Below the pieces are notes generated by a model, which was not told where the DNA came from, made no database searches, and worked only from the letters and a program-made list of their open reading frames with translations. Both the position numbers and the translations under genes were made by a program. A stretch of DNA of 32,000 nucleotides. It comes from Candidatus Iainarchaeum sp. GTDB lineage: Archaea > Iainarchaeota > Iainarchaeia > Iainarchaeales > JACQJH01. Below are positions 7,713 to 15,745 of this stretch, in pieces. The DNA lies in contig JACQJH010000002.1 in the NCBI GenBank assembly GCA_016205145.1, positions 600,001-632,000 of the forward strand, written 5' to 3'. How positions within the stretch are numbered: the first letter of the stretch is position 1; each line of letters begins with the position of its first letter.

Positions 7713-8635
7713 GTGCATTAGCACCTCTGCCGAGCCAATTTTGAACGTAGCAAATTTTTTCTGGCTTTAGCTTGCACGTGCCAATATTTTCAAAGAATGT
7801 TCGCACGAACGATTTCTTATATATTCTAAGATGATAGATTTTTTTCCTTGGCGAGCCATCCTTGCCGACAAACGATTTTTGTATGGAATATCGTGAGATT
7901 ATTTGAAGCTGTTCTTCAAGTAGCTTTCGGATAATTTCTAGAATATTGTAATTCGTGTTACACAAATCCAAACAAATTTTTGGTGTCTTCCGCGACTTCT
8001 CTTTTATGACTTTAACGCACCCCTCAGCATCAAAAAAACCCTCAATCAATTGTAGTGCATTCAGCCTACAGTCTCCGTCACCCAACATAAGAAATAATTT
8101 GTCAAAATCTTTACGAATTTGCTTGAACAAAAAGAAAAGTTCGACGTTTCCAACCACTACAAACCAAGTGTTATTAGATCTGTTGATATAGCCTTTGACC
8201 GGCCGGCCAATACAGGCTGAAATTTTGCCGGCGTATTTTTTTATGAAATCCTCTTCCCCTATAACGCCCACCTTATGCCCGACTTGTTTCCAAGAATAAA
8301 CATATCCATCTCCGATAAGGGCACCCAATATATAAAATAATTCAGGACAGTGCTTGAGTCTTTTTTTACCAAAAGGCGACGATGTACCATGATACCAAGC
8401 ATAAAGGCTTCCGACAGTTATTCCGTATCTAGTACTAATTATTGAAAATATTTCTTTTCTGGGAAGACCGCTTTCTTTTAATACCATAAATGCATTGAAG
8501 GCTTCCACTCTTAGACCAGATTCTATTATAGTCATCTCTCTCAAAAAGAGCATATTGTTGGCTCTTTAAAAAGGAAAATCATGGTGCGTTGCCGTTGAAT
8601 CAAATCTAAACCATTTTTCTTTTTTTCTTCCTGAA
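7601..8635. mobile_element. AT-rich ~1 kb island: free-standing homing-endonuclease gene plus a recoded 3' end of sod
   Basis: By hand count, G+C is 57% for 7501-7600 and 34% for 7601-7712. It stays at about 35-40% through the HEG ORF and returns to normal at the ogg start (8636). Confidence 0.55.
7645..8553 (-). CDS. LAGLIDADG-family homing endonuclease (double-motif, single-chain) with an N-terminal HTH
   Basis: Two dodecapeptide motifs are present: [17 protein letters not shown] and [16 protein letters not shown]. The N-terminus has the HTH-like segment [25 protein letters not shown]. The 3' end overlaps the sod 3' end antisense by 68 nt. An alternative ATG lies at 8535. Confidence 0.8.
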   Translation of the reverse strand: MLFLREMTIIESGLRVEAFNAFMVLKESGLPRKEIFSIISTRYGITVGSLYAWYHGTSSPFGKKRLKHCPELFYILGALIGDGYVYSWKQVGHKVGVIGEEDFIKKYAGKISACIGRPVKGYINRSNNTWFVVVGNVELFFLFKQIRKDFDKLFLMLGDGDCRLNALQLIEGFFDAEGCVKVIKEKSRKTPKICLDLCNTNYNILEIIRKLLEEQLQIISRYSIQKSFVGKDGSPRKKIYHLRIYKKSFVRTFFENIGTCKLKPEKICYVQNWLGRGANAPTALHFDNSRLLVSSSQCSRMH

Positions 8636-9274
8636 ATGTCTTTCATGCAAGAGTTGCTTGGCCGGATCGGGCGCCTGAAAAGCGCGGATGAGAGGCGGAC
8701 TATTGAATCGAGGATGCTTGAGTTTGAGGAAACCGGAAAGCAAAACGAAAAGGTTTTTTCCGAACTCTGCTTCTGCCTGCTGACCGCAAATTTCAATGCC
8801 GAGCGCAGCATAAAAATCCAGAATGAAATTGGTGACGGCTTTTTGAAATTGCCAGCGGACGCTCTGGCCCAAAGGCTGAAGGAGCTTGGCCACAGGTTTC
8901 CGAACGCGCGCGCAAAATTCATTTTCGAGGCAAGAAAACACGCGCCGGGCCTGAAAGAAAAAATCGAGTCGTTTTCCGATGATGCCGGGGCAAGGCAGTG
9001 GCTTGCCGGGAATGTGAAGGGCCTCGGCTACAAGGAGGCGAGCCATTTCCTGCGCAACACCGGCAGGAAAAACGTCGCAATAATTGATTTTCACATTGTT
9101 GACCTGCTGGCAAGGCACGGCCTCATTGAAAAGCCGAAATCAAAGTCGATTCCTGCGAAAAAATACGTCGAAATCGAAAAGGTGCTTGAAGGCGTGTGCA
9201 AAAAAACCGGCCTGAGCCAGGCCGAGCTTGACCTCTACTTGTGGTATCTTGAAACAGGAAAAATTTTGAAATAA
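8636..9274 (+). CDS. ogg: 8-oxoguanine DNA glycosylase/AP lyase, archaeal Ogg2 type
   Basis: FSELCFCLLTANFNAERS...RFPNARAKFIFEARK...WLAGNVKGLGYKEASHFLRNTGRKNVAIIDFHIV shows the HhH-GPD pattern of Ogg2 enzymes. Confidence 0.8.
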   Translation: MSFMQELLGRIGRLKSADERRTIESRMLEFEETGKQNEKVFSELCFCLLTANFNAERSIKIQNEIGDGFLKLPADALAQRLKELGHRFPNARAKFIFEARKHAPGLKEKIESFSDDAGARQWLAGNVKGLGYKEASHFLRNTGRKNVAIIDFHIVDLLARHGLIEKPKSKSIPAKKYVEIEKVLEGVCKKTGLSQAELDLYLWYLETGKILK

Positions 9275-9289
9275 AAATCGCAATAGCAA

Positions 9290-10180
9290 TTACATTTCCC
9301 GCAACCTTTGGATGCGGGATTCAATAGAAGGGTGCGTTTCAAACAGGTTGTTCAATGCGCTGGCATGCTCTTTCAGCGGGTTTATGATGTAAAGGTGCTC
9401 GGTCGCCTTGTTCGCTGCCTCCAAAGGCTCCGTGTCCTTTGAGATTTTTTCAAGCGCGCTCGCCAAAGCGCCGGGGTTTTTCGTGAGCAAGGCAGAGGAA
9501 GAATCAGCAAGGTATTCCCTGTTGCGCGAGATTGCAAGCTTTATTAGCGTCGCAATCAGCGGCGAAAGGATTGCCAGGGCGATTGCGACAACCGCCAGGA
9601 CCAGGCCGAAATTGCCCCTGTCCTCGCGGTGCCTGCCGAAAATGCTTATGCGCAGGAGAAAGTCCGACAGCAGGGCGGTAAGGCCGACCATGACGACAGT
9701 GTACATCATTATGCGCGTGTCAGAGTTTTTGATGTGCGACATTTCGTGGCCGATGACGCCTTCAAGTTCCGCACGGTTGAGTTTCTGCAGCAAGCCGGCC
9801 GTGACAACAATGGCTGCATGCTCCGGGTCCCTGCCGGTCGCAAAGGCGTTCGGCGCTGTGTCGTCGATGATGTAACATTTTATCGGCGAACTCAGGCCAA
9901 TGCCGACCGAAAGCTCTTCAACTATGTTGTAAAGCTGGGGCAGTTCCTTTTTCGTTACGGGCCTTGCCTGCGAAATGGACAGGACGAGGCTGTCGGAATA
10001 ATAATAGGAAAAATATGCGGAGCCCACTGCTATGGCCAAGGCGAAGGGAATTGCAAACGCGCCCAGGCCCGTGTAGAGCGCGAAAATGTAAACCAAAAAC
10101 ATTACAAAGAAAATGAAGAAAAAGAACAGGAACAGGGTTTTACGCCTGTTCCCTTCAACCTGCTCGTAAACGCCCGCCAA
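9290..10180 (-). CDS. htpX: HtpX-like M48 zinc metalloprotease
   Basis: TM helices plus NAFATGRDP, the HEMSHIKNSD zinc site (HExxH) and REYLADS. The TTG start lies 8 nt after GGTGG and 15 nt after the lemA stop. Confidence 0.88.
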   Translation of the reverse strand: MAGVYEQVEGNRRKTLFLFFFFIFFVMFLVYIFALYTGLGAFAIPFALAIAVGSAYFSYYYSDSLVLSISQARPVTKKELPQLYNIVEELSVGIGLSSPIKCYIIDDTAPNAFATGRDPEHAAIVVTAGLLQKLNRAELEGVIGHEMSHIKNSDTRIMMYTVVMVGLTALLSDFLLRISIFGRHREDRGNFGLVLAVVAIALAILSPLIATLIKLAISRNREYLADSSSALLTKNPGALASALEKISKDTEPLEAANKATEHLYIINPLKEHASALNNLFETHPSIESRIQRLREM

Positions 10181-10195
10181 AGGAAACCACCCGGT

Positions 10196-10744
10196 TCAGA
10201 ATTTGACTTTGGGCGCTTCCCTTGCTCCTGCTTCCGCCTCGAAGAAATCCTTTTTGGCGAAACCGAACATTCCCGCTATGACATTGCTTGGAAACTGCTG
10301 GATTGCGTTGTTGTACAGCAGGACAGCGTCATTGTAGAACTGTCTCGCGTACGCGATCTTCGACTCGGTGCTTGAAAGCTCTTCCTGCAACTGCTGGAAG
10401 TTTTCGCTCGCCCTCAACTGCGGATAAGCTTCTGCGACGGCGAAAAGGCTTTTGAGCGCGCCGGTCAGCATGTTTTCCGCCTGCGCCCTGCCCGAAACAC
10501 CGGTTGCGTTGGCGACCGCGGCCCTTGCCTTGGTCACTTCAGTGAAAACGTCCTTCTCGTGCTTGGCATAGCCCTTGACCGATTCGATGAGGTTCGGAAT
10601 GAGGTCAAACCGCCTCTTCAACTGCACGTCAATCTGGCTCCACGCATTCTCAACGCGGTTCCTGTTGCCTATCAGGCCGTTGTAGACGAGAATCAGGCCG
10701 AGAACCAGGATGACAATTATTCCAAGAAGAATCCATTCAATCAT
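10196..10744 (-). CDS. lemA: LemA family membrane protein
   Basis: An N-terminal TM is followed by [54 protein letters not shown], the canonical LemA signature. It is paired with HtpX, as is often seen. Confidence 0.88.
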   Translation of the reverse strand: MIEWILLGIIVILVLGLILVYNGLIGNRNRVENAWSQIDVQLKRRFDLIPNLIESVKGYAKHEKDVFTEVTKARAAVANATGVSGRAQAENMLTGALKSLFAVAEAYPQLRASENFQQLQEELSSTESKIAYARQFYNDAVLLYNNAIQQFPSNVIAGMFGFAKKDFFEAEAGAREAPKVKF

Positions 10745-10808
10745 AAAGAAAACGCACCCCCGCGGTTAGTAAATTAGCCACGATTTGTTTTAATAAATTA
10801 ACCTGCTA

Positions 10809-12221
10809 TCAGTCCCTGTTCGGGTTTATGCTGCCATCAAGAATGCCTTTGAGCGTTTCCAGGTTGGGCTCGACATGCCTGCCGCGCTCTTGTACAATAT
10901 ATGATATGCCATTAAGCAGGGATTGAACCGTGATTCTTCCACGGCCAAAATTCCCGGGCAGGTATTGCTGGAGAAAAGCCGCGTCCAAAGAGGTTATTCG
11001 GCCAGCCTGCCTTGCCCTGTTGACTTCGTCAAGAACCACCTGCAGCTGCGCTTTTCGCAATTGCACGCGGGCCTGCGACTGCCCTGCATCAGCATAATAA
11101 TCGCGCAATTGGCGGTATTGTTCCAACTCTTCCGGCTTCCTTTGTTCAACTTCTTTCGGAACCGTTTCGTAGCGCCGGACACCCAAGTCAGCTGCAAGCT
11201 GTGCCAGGCTCATTTGCCGGGCATGCTCTAGCCAGTTGACCAATTCAACTGATGACAGGCCGTTTTCGCGGCGGACAGCATCCAAAAGAATTCCAATCGC
11301 GGCTGGTGGAATGTACCTGCGCTTTGCTGCTTCAATAATGGTAGCCTCACCAGTGACAGCCCTGTACAAATCCTTTGCCGAAGCCGTCTGAAGCTGATTG
11401 CCTATCAGGCCTTTTTCTTGTGCCAAGGCAATAGCGTTTAGGGTCGGCGGAATGCCCTCCAATGGATTGCCATCTGAATCAAATGGAATAGTTCCGCCTA
11501 AATGTCTCCTCAATGATTGCAAGGCCGCCACTTCCACTGTTTCCGTTGCAGCCGCCTTCAAGCCTTCGCGCTCTTCCGGACGCCTGTTAGAGTTTTCGGC
11601 AGCCGCGAAAAGGACATTATTCCTGAAAAAAAGCAGTGCGTCAATATATTCCCCTGCGCCCATCCTGCGGCCCATTCTGCCATTCCCCATCCGGTAGCTT
11701 TGCATTTTCAGCAGATATTCCCTGAGCCTGTCCCGGACATCCGGCTGAAGTGCTACTCCAAGTGATTTTCTGCGGGGCTTCCCGCTTGGCTTCGGACCGC
11801 GCGTTCCGGTAAGCGCGCTCAAAATGTTGCTGTAAAGCCAGTCGGATACAATGCCCAATTCGCCATGCAACTGGTATTTTGCCGGCCTTGCGGCTGCAGG
11901 CAAATTCGCAAAGTCCTTTTCGCCTGTTCCAAGCTGTTTCCATCTGGCGGCCTCTGCGGGTGTCCTAGGGGGCCTGCGTCCTGCCTCCGTCCGCTCCGCC
12001 TCCAAAGCCGCCCGCCGGGAAGCAAGGCGCAATTCAAGCTGCACGCGGTTTGGTTCAACGCGGCTGCGCAGCCCGGCTGTCCTTTGCCGGTTGGCAGATA
12101 CAGTGGCATCACGGGAAACTGGTTTTGGTGCCAGAGGGCTTAAGCGGTTTCTTCTGGCATTCCTTCGCACAGCAGTACGCCTTCTGTTTGGGCCGATTGC
12201 GAAACGTCTGCGCGGGCGCAT
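10809..12221 (-). CDS. Hypothetical protein (~470 aa) with an Arg-rich N-terminal ~100 aa and an HTH-like segment
   Basis: It is the longest ORF in the region by far. The ATG at 12221 gives MRPRRRFAIGPNRRRTAVRRNARRNR... An internal segment MSLAQLAADLGVRRYETV is HTH-like. I recognise no family. Confidence 0.6.
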   Translation of the reverse strand: MRPRRRFAIGPNRRRTAVRRNARRNRLSPLAPKPVSRDATVSANRQRTAGLRSRVEPNRVQLELRLASRRAALEAERTEAGRRPPRTPAEAARWKQLGTGEKDFANLPAAARPAKYQLHGELGIVSDWLYSNILSALTGTRGPKPSGKPRRKSLGVALQPDVRDRLREYLLKMQSYRMGNGRMGRRMGAGEYIDALLFFRNNVLFAAAENSNRRPEEREGLKAAATETVEVAALQSLRRHLGGTIPFDSDGNPLEGIPPTLNAIALAQEKGLIGNQLQTASAKDLYRAVTGEATIIEAAKRRYIPPAAIGILLDAVRRENGLSSVELVNWLEHARQMSLAQLAADLGVRRYETVPKEVEQRKPEELEQYRQLRDYYADAGQSQARVQLRKAQLQVVLDEVNRARQAGRITSLDAAFLQQYLPGNFGRGRITVQSLLNGISYIVQERGRHVEPNLETLKGILDGSINPNRD

Positions 12222-12280
12222 AATCAAAAACCATCAAAAGAATAGAATAAGCGCGTTAAAAGTAAATAAATCTTTGCGGG

Positions 12281-12322
12281 AAAAAACTTCGCTTTGGCCG
12301 GCCCACCGGCGGCCGGCAAAGC
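12281..12322 (-). terminator. Intrinsic-terminator-like GC hairpin plus T6 downstream of the 12342-12884 gene
   Basis: On the minus strand, GCTTTGCCGGCC-loop-GGCCGGCCAAAGC forms 12 bp with one bulge. It is followed after 4 nt by TTTTTT (12286-12281). Confidence 0.45.
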
Positions 12323-12341
12323 CAGCCCGTTCGTTAAACAA

Positions 12342-12884
12342 CTATTTTTCCGCGGTTATCTGCCATGCTCCGCGCGGGTAGCCGAAAACCGTCGGCGTTC
12401 TGCCATATTCTTTCGGGTAAAGCGGCCTTGCGGTTATTTTTCCATGCCCGAATGCGCTCTGCCTCAACAGCCATTCGATGAAATCCGATTCACCCTCTCC
12501 CACCATGAGCATGAGCTTGCCTCCGCGGCAAAGCTTTTTGTGGCAAATGTTGAAAACGCGCAAAGTGTATTCCATGTGGTCCACGACCGGCTGGCTATCC
12601 TCGCCTTCCGGCCCGTAATAGCCCAAGGCAAACTCGGAGCTTATGATTGAAGCAGCGCCATCCTTGAGCCGCTTCAGGCCGGACTCGAAATCGCCGTGAA
12701 ACTGGTGCCAGTTGGGCGGGCGGTGGTCGCCGGGATTGATCAGGTCAACCCCTATGAATGTCGCATTAGGAAATCTTTCCGAGCGCTTTTTTGTTTTGTA
12801 TGCGACCGCTTCCTCGTCAAATCCCACGTTGCCGAGATGCACGACAAGCGGCCTCCGCCTTTTCGGGCGCGCGATTTCAGGCAT
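12342..12884 (-). CDS. Putative class I SAM-dependent methyltransferase-fold protein (atypical motif I)
   Basis: The motif order fits a Rossmann methyltransferase: VVHLGNVG (motif I-like), FIGVDL (acidic end of beta2), HGDF...AASIISSEFALGY (motifs II/III) and KKLCRGGKLMLMV (post-III). The assignment is by pattern only. Confidence 0.45.
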   Translation of the reverse strand: MPEIARPKRRRPLVVHLGNVGFDEEAVAYKTKKRSERFPNATFIGVDLINPGDHRPPNWHQFHGDFESGLKRLKDGAASIISSEFALGYYGPEGEDSQPVVDHMEYTLRVFNICHKKLCRGGKLMLMVGEGESDFIEWLLRQSAFGHGKITARPLYPKEYGRTPTVFGYPRGAWQITAEK

Positions 12885-12979
12885 GCAAAATAATCGTTCT
12901 CGCGGCTTTTAATGGTTGCGATTTTTTGGCTTATTCCATTTGATTTAAAGCTTTTGCAGGGCAGATTCTTGTGATTGCG

Positions 12980-14341
12980 ATGTCTTTGGGCGAAAAGCTT
13001 GCCGGCGCAATGGAAACCCTGAGGCGCGCGGCAACATTGGACAAGGATGCCATAAAGGAGGCTGTCAAGGAGATTCAGCGCGCGCTCATTTCCTCTGACG
13101 TGGAAGTTTCGCTTGTCCTCGAACTGAGCAAAAAGATCGAGGCAGAGGCCTTCAAGGAAATGCCGGAAGGATTCAACCGCAAGGAGCATGCAATCAAGGC
13201 AACATATGATCTGCTTGCCGAACTGCTCGGCGGGGAAGCCGCAAAAGCGCCCGAAAACCCGAAAAGGATTCTGCTCGTCGGAACCTTCGGCCATGGCAAG
13301 ACGACCACCGCAGGAAAAGTTGCAAAATGGTATGCCAAGCGCGGAAAAAGCGTTGGGTTAGTTGCCGCGGACGTTTTCAGGCCGGCCGCGGTCGAACAAT
13401 TGAGGCAGGTCGCGGAAAAAGCCAAAGTCGAATTTTTCGGGATTGAAGGCGAAAAAAGCGCGCAGAAGGTGGTGGAAAAAGGGCTTGAAAAATTCCATTC
13501 AAAGGACCTTGTCATTGTCGACAGCGCGGGCAGAAGCGCGCTGGACGAAGAGCTCGTGAAGGAAATAAAGGAAATCAGTTCGGCGCTGAAACCCGATGAA
13601 ACGTGGCTTGTGCTCGGCGCGGACATCGGGCAGATCGCAAAAAAACAGGCGCAGGCGTTCCACGACGCGGTCGGAGTAAACGGCGTAATAATCACTAAAA
13701 TGGATGGAAGCGCGAAAGGCGGCGGAGTTTTGGCGGCATGCCATGCCACGAAGGCAAGCGTCTACTTTATCGGCGTTGGCGAAAAGCTTGACGATTTCGA
13801 GGAATTCGACGCGCAAAGGTATTTGTCGAGGATCATGGGCTTCGGCGATTTGCAGGCACTGCTGGAAAAGGCGAAAGAGCTGGGCGAAGATGAAACGGCG
13901 TTGTCTGCAGAGGAGATGCTGGAAGGCGAATTCAATTTCAAGGTCTTCTACGAACAGCTGAAGGCGACGAAAAAACTCGGCCCGCTGTCAAAGGTTGCGG
14001 AAATGCTGGGCATGAAAATGCAGGTGCCGAAAGAACAGCTTGAAATCGGGCAGGAAAAAATGGACTCGTTCGGCATAATCATCGACAGCATGACCGAACA
14101 GGAGCGCAAAAACCCCGAACTTCTTACCAGAACGAGAATCCACAGGATTGCCGTTGGCAGCGGCAGGAAAGAAGAAGATGTCCGCGAACTGATAAAGCAG
14201 TACAGGACCATGGAAAAAATGTTCAAAAAATTCAAGAGCATCGGCTCCGAAAAGAAACTGGAAAAAATGGCGAAATCCGGCAACTTCGGCGGAATGCTGC
14301 AGGGCTTTGCCAAAAAAAAGAAAAAGTTCAGGCTGAAATGA
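12980..14341 (+). CDS. srp54: Signal recognition particle protein SRP54
   Basis: The NG domain shows LLVGTFGHGKTTTAGKVA, DVFRPAAVEQL, VDSAGRS, ITKMDGSAKGGG and IGVGEKLDD. A Met-rich M domain follows (MLGMKMQ...MTEQERKNPELL). I prefer the ATG at 12980 over the GTG at 12971. Confidence 0.92.
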   Translation: MSLGEKLAGAMETLRRAATLDKDAIKEAVKEIQRALISSDVEVSLVLELSKKIEAEAFKEMPEGFNRKEHAIKATYDLLAELLGGEAAKAPENPKRILLVGTFGHGKTTTAGKVAKWYAKRGKSVGLVAADVFRPAAVEQLRQVAEKAKVEFFGIEGEKSAQKVVEKGLEKFHSKDLVIVDSAGRSALDEELVKEIKEISSALKPDETWLVLGADIGQIAKKQAQAFHDAVGVNGVIITKMDGSAKGGGVLAACHATKASVYFIGVGEKLDDFEEFDAQRYLSRIMGFGDLQALLEKAKELGEDETALSAEEMLEGEFNFKVFYEQLKATKKLGPLSKVAEMLGMKMQVPKEQLEIGQEKMDSFGIIIDSMTEQERKNPELLTRTRIHRIAVGSGRKEEDVRELIKQYRTMEKMFKKFKSIGSEKKLEKMAKSGNFGGMLQGFAKKKKKFRLK

Positions 14342-14362
14342 GAACGCAACGGCGATGATTGA

Positions 14363-15175
14363 ATGGAATTCCTGCTTTTCCGCGAGGCGATTGTTTTGCT
14401 TGCCTGTGCTGTTTCGGCTTACACTGACTGGAAAGACGGCCTGATTCTGGACAAAATAACGTATCCCCTTATCGCAATCGGAATCGCCTTGAACCTACTG
14501 GAAAAAGATTTGACTGTTTTCATTCTGCCGATTGCGGTTTTTGCCATTGGTTATGCCATTTACTATGCGGGAAAAGTGGGCGGGGGGGACGTGAAACTTC
14601 TTGCCGGAATTGCAATGGTTCTGCCGTCGGTGCGGGGTGAAATCTTCGTTTTGAACGCCCTGCTCATTGCCTCGTCTTCCGCAATAGTTTTCCTTTCGGC
14701 TTACTTCGTTTCAAAGTACGCGCGAAAAGGCATTGACTGGAAGGAAAACCGCGGCGGAATAATGCGCGCCCTGCTGTTCGCTGCATTCATTGCCGCATAC
14801 TTCTGGTTTTTGCTGCAGTGGAAAATCATGCCGCTGTCAGGAATAATGATTTTTGCCGTTCCCGTGGCTTTCGCGCTCGTATTCCTGGCGCTGGAACACG
14901 GCATCCGCAGAAACTTTTTTTTGCAGGAAGCCAAACTGTCAGAGCTTGAAGAGGATGAAATCGTCGCTGTGGAGTTTTTGGATTCGAAAGTGTTGGAAAA
15001 GCTTGGCCTCAAATTCAAAGGCGTGCTCGGAGAAAAGGAAATCGGAAAACTCAAGGAAATGGGCCTGAAAACAGTGCCAGTTTACAGGAAACTCCCGGCG
15101 TTCGCGCCGTTCATACTGTTGGGCGCGGTTGCCGCGATTGCCTGGCCGGGAATGGTAGCGGGACTGTTCATTTGA
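14363..15175 (+). CDS. A24-family prepilin/preflagellin (archaellin) signal peptidase with a C-terminal extension
   Basis: A polytopic membrane protein with the two catalytic-Asp motifs YTDWKDGLILD and GGGDVKLLAGIAM. It has about 90 extra residues C-terminal to the core. Confidence 0.8.
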   Translation: MEFLLFREAIVLLACAVSAYTDWKDGLILDKITYPLIAIGIALNLLEKDLTVFILPIAVFAIGYAIYYAGKVGGGDVKLLAGIAMVLPSVRGEIFVLNALLIASSSAIVFLSAYFVSKYARKGIDWKENRGGIMRALLFAAFIAAYFWFLLQWKIMPLSGIMIFAVPVAFALVFLALEHGIRRNFFLQEAKLSELEEDEIVAVEFLDSKVLEKLGLKFKGVLGEKEIGKLKEMGLKTVPVYRKLPAFAPFILLGAVAAIAWPGMVAGLFI

Positions 15176-15186
15176 AAAGAGAAAAA

Positions 15187-15708
15187 TTATTCGTTTTCTA
15201 TCTGCCGTATCAGGCGCCTGTGGATGGAAATCAAAAACTTTTCCATGCCGACTGTGAGGGTTCTTCCTGCCGAAAGCCTGTCCTGGATTGCCCTGAGCAG
15301 GGACGCGTCGCGCGCAGAGAGTGATGCGCCTTCCGGTCCGCCGAAAAACTGCTCCAATGTTGCAATCATCTCCCGATGCTTCCGGGTTGAAAGTTTTAGC
15401 CTGCTCTCTTTTTGCGGTTCAGGCAGAACCTCAACAAAACGCCGGCTTGCCGGAGCCCTGCGCTCCGGGCCGGAATATAAGCCTTCTCCGCGTCTGCCGG
15501 CAACATAGATTCTTGCGTTTGCGGAATCAAACTGTGTTGCCGCAACAGCCGGCACCCCGACCGTTCTTCCGGAAGATGCCCTGCGTTCCCTGCCCGAAAA
15601 CATGATGCCGCCCGCAGAATCGGTTACTTTTATTGCCAAACCCTTTTTTGCCTGCGCGCCGGGTTTTCTGCCAGGGCTTACAGCACGCGGTCTTCTTGAT
15701 TGCGGCAT
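15187..15708 (-). CDS. Hypothetical basic protein (~173 aa) with an internal SG.ERRA repeat
   Basis: The ATG at 15708 gives MPQSRRPRAVSPGRKPG... Two related segments are IMFSGRERRASSGRTVGV and GLYSGPERRAPASRRFVEV. I recognise no family. Confidence 0.55.
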   Translation of the reverse strand: MPQSRRPRAVSPGRKPGAQAKKGLAIKVTDSAGGIMFSGRERRASSGRTVGVPAVAATQFDSANARIYVAGRRGEGLYSGPERRAPASRRFVEVLPEPQKESRLKLSTRKHREMIATLEQFFGGPEGASLSARDASLLRAIQDRLSAGRTLTVGMEKFLISIHRRLIRQIENE

Positions 15709-15745
15709 GATTAAAATAAAATGAAGGTTGTTAATTAAGTTTTGT

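Noticed and set aside
8554-8635. Looked for a displaced original sod 3' fragment (pseudo-exon) beyond the homing endonuclease gene
   Set aside because: None of the three forward frames gives anything resembling [11 protein letters not shown]...FWNVVNW. The segment looks like a shared divergent promoter (CTCTTTAAAAAGG).
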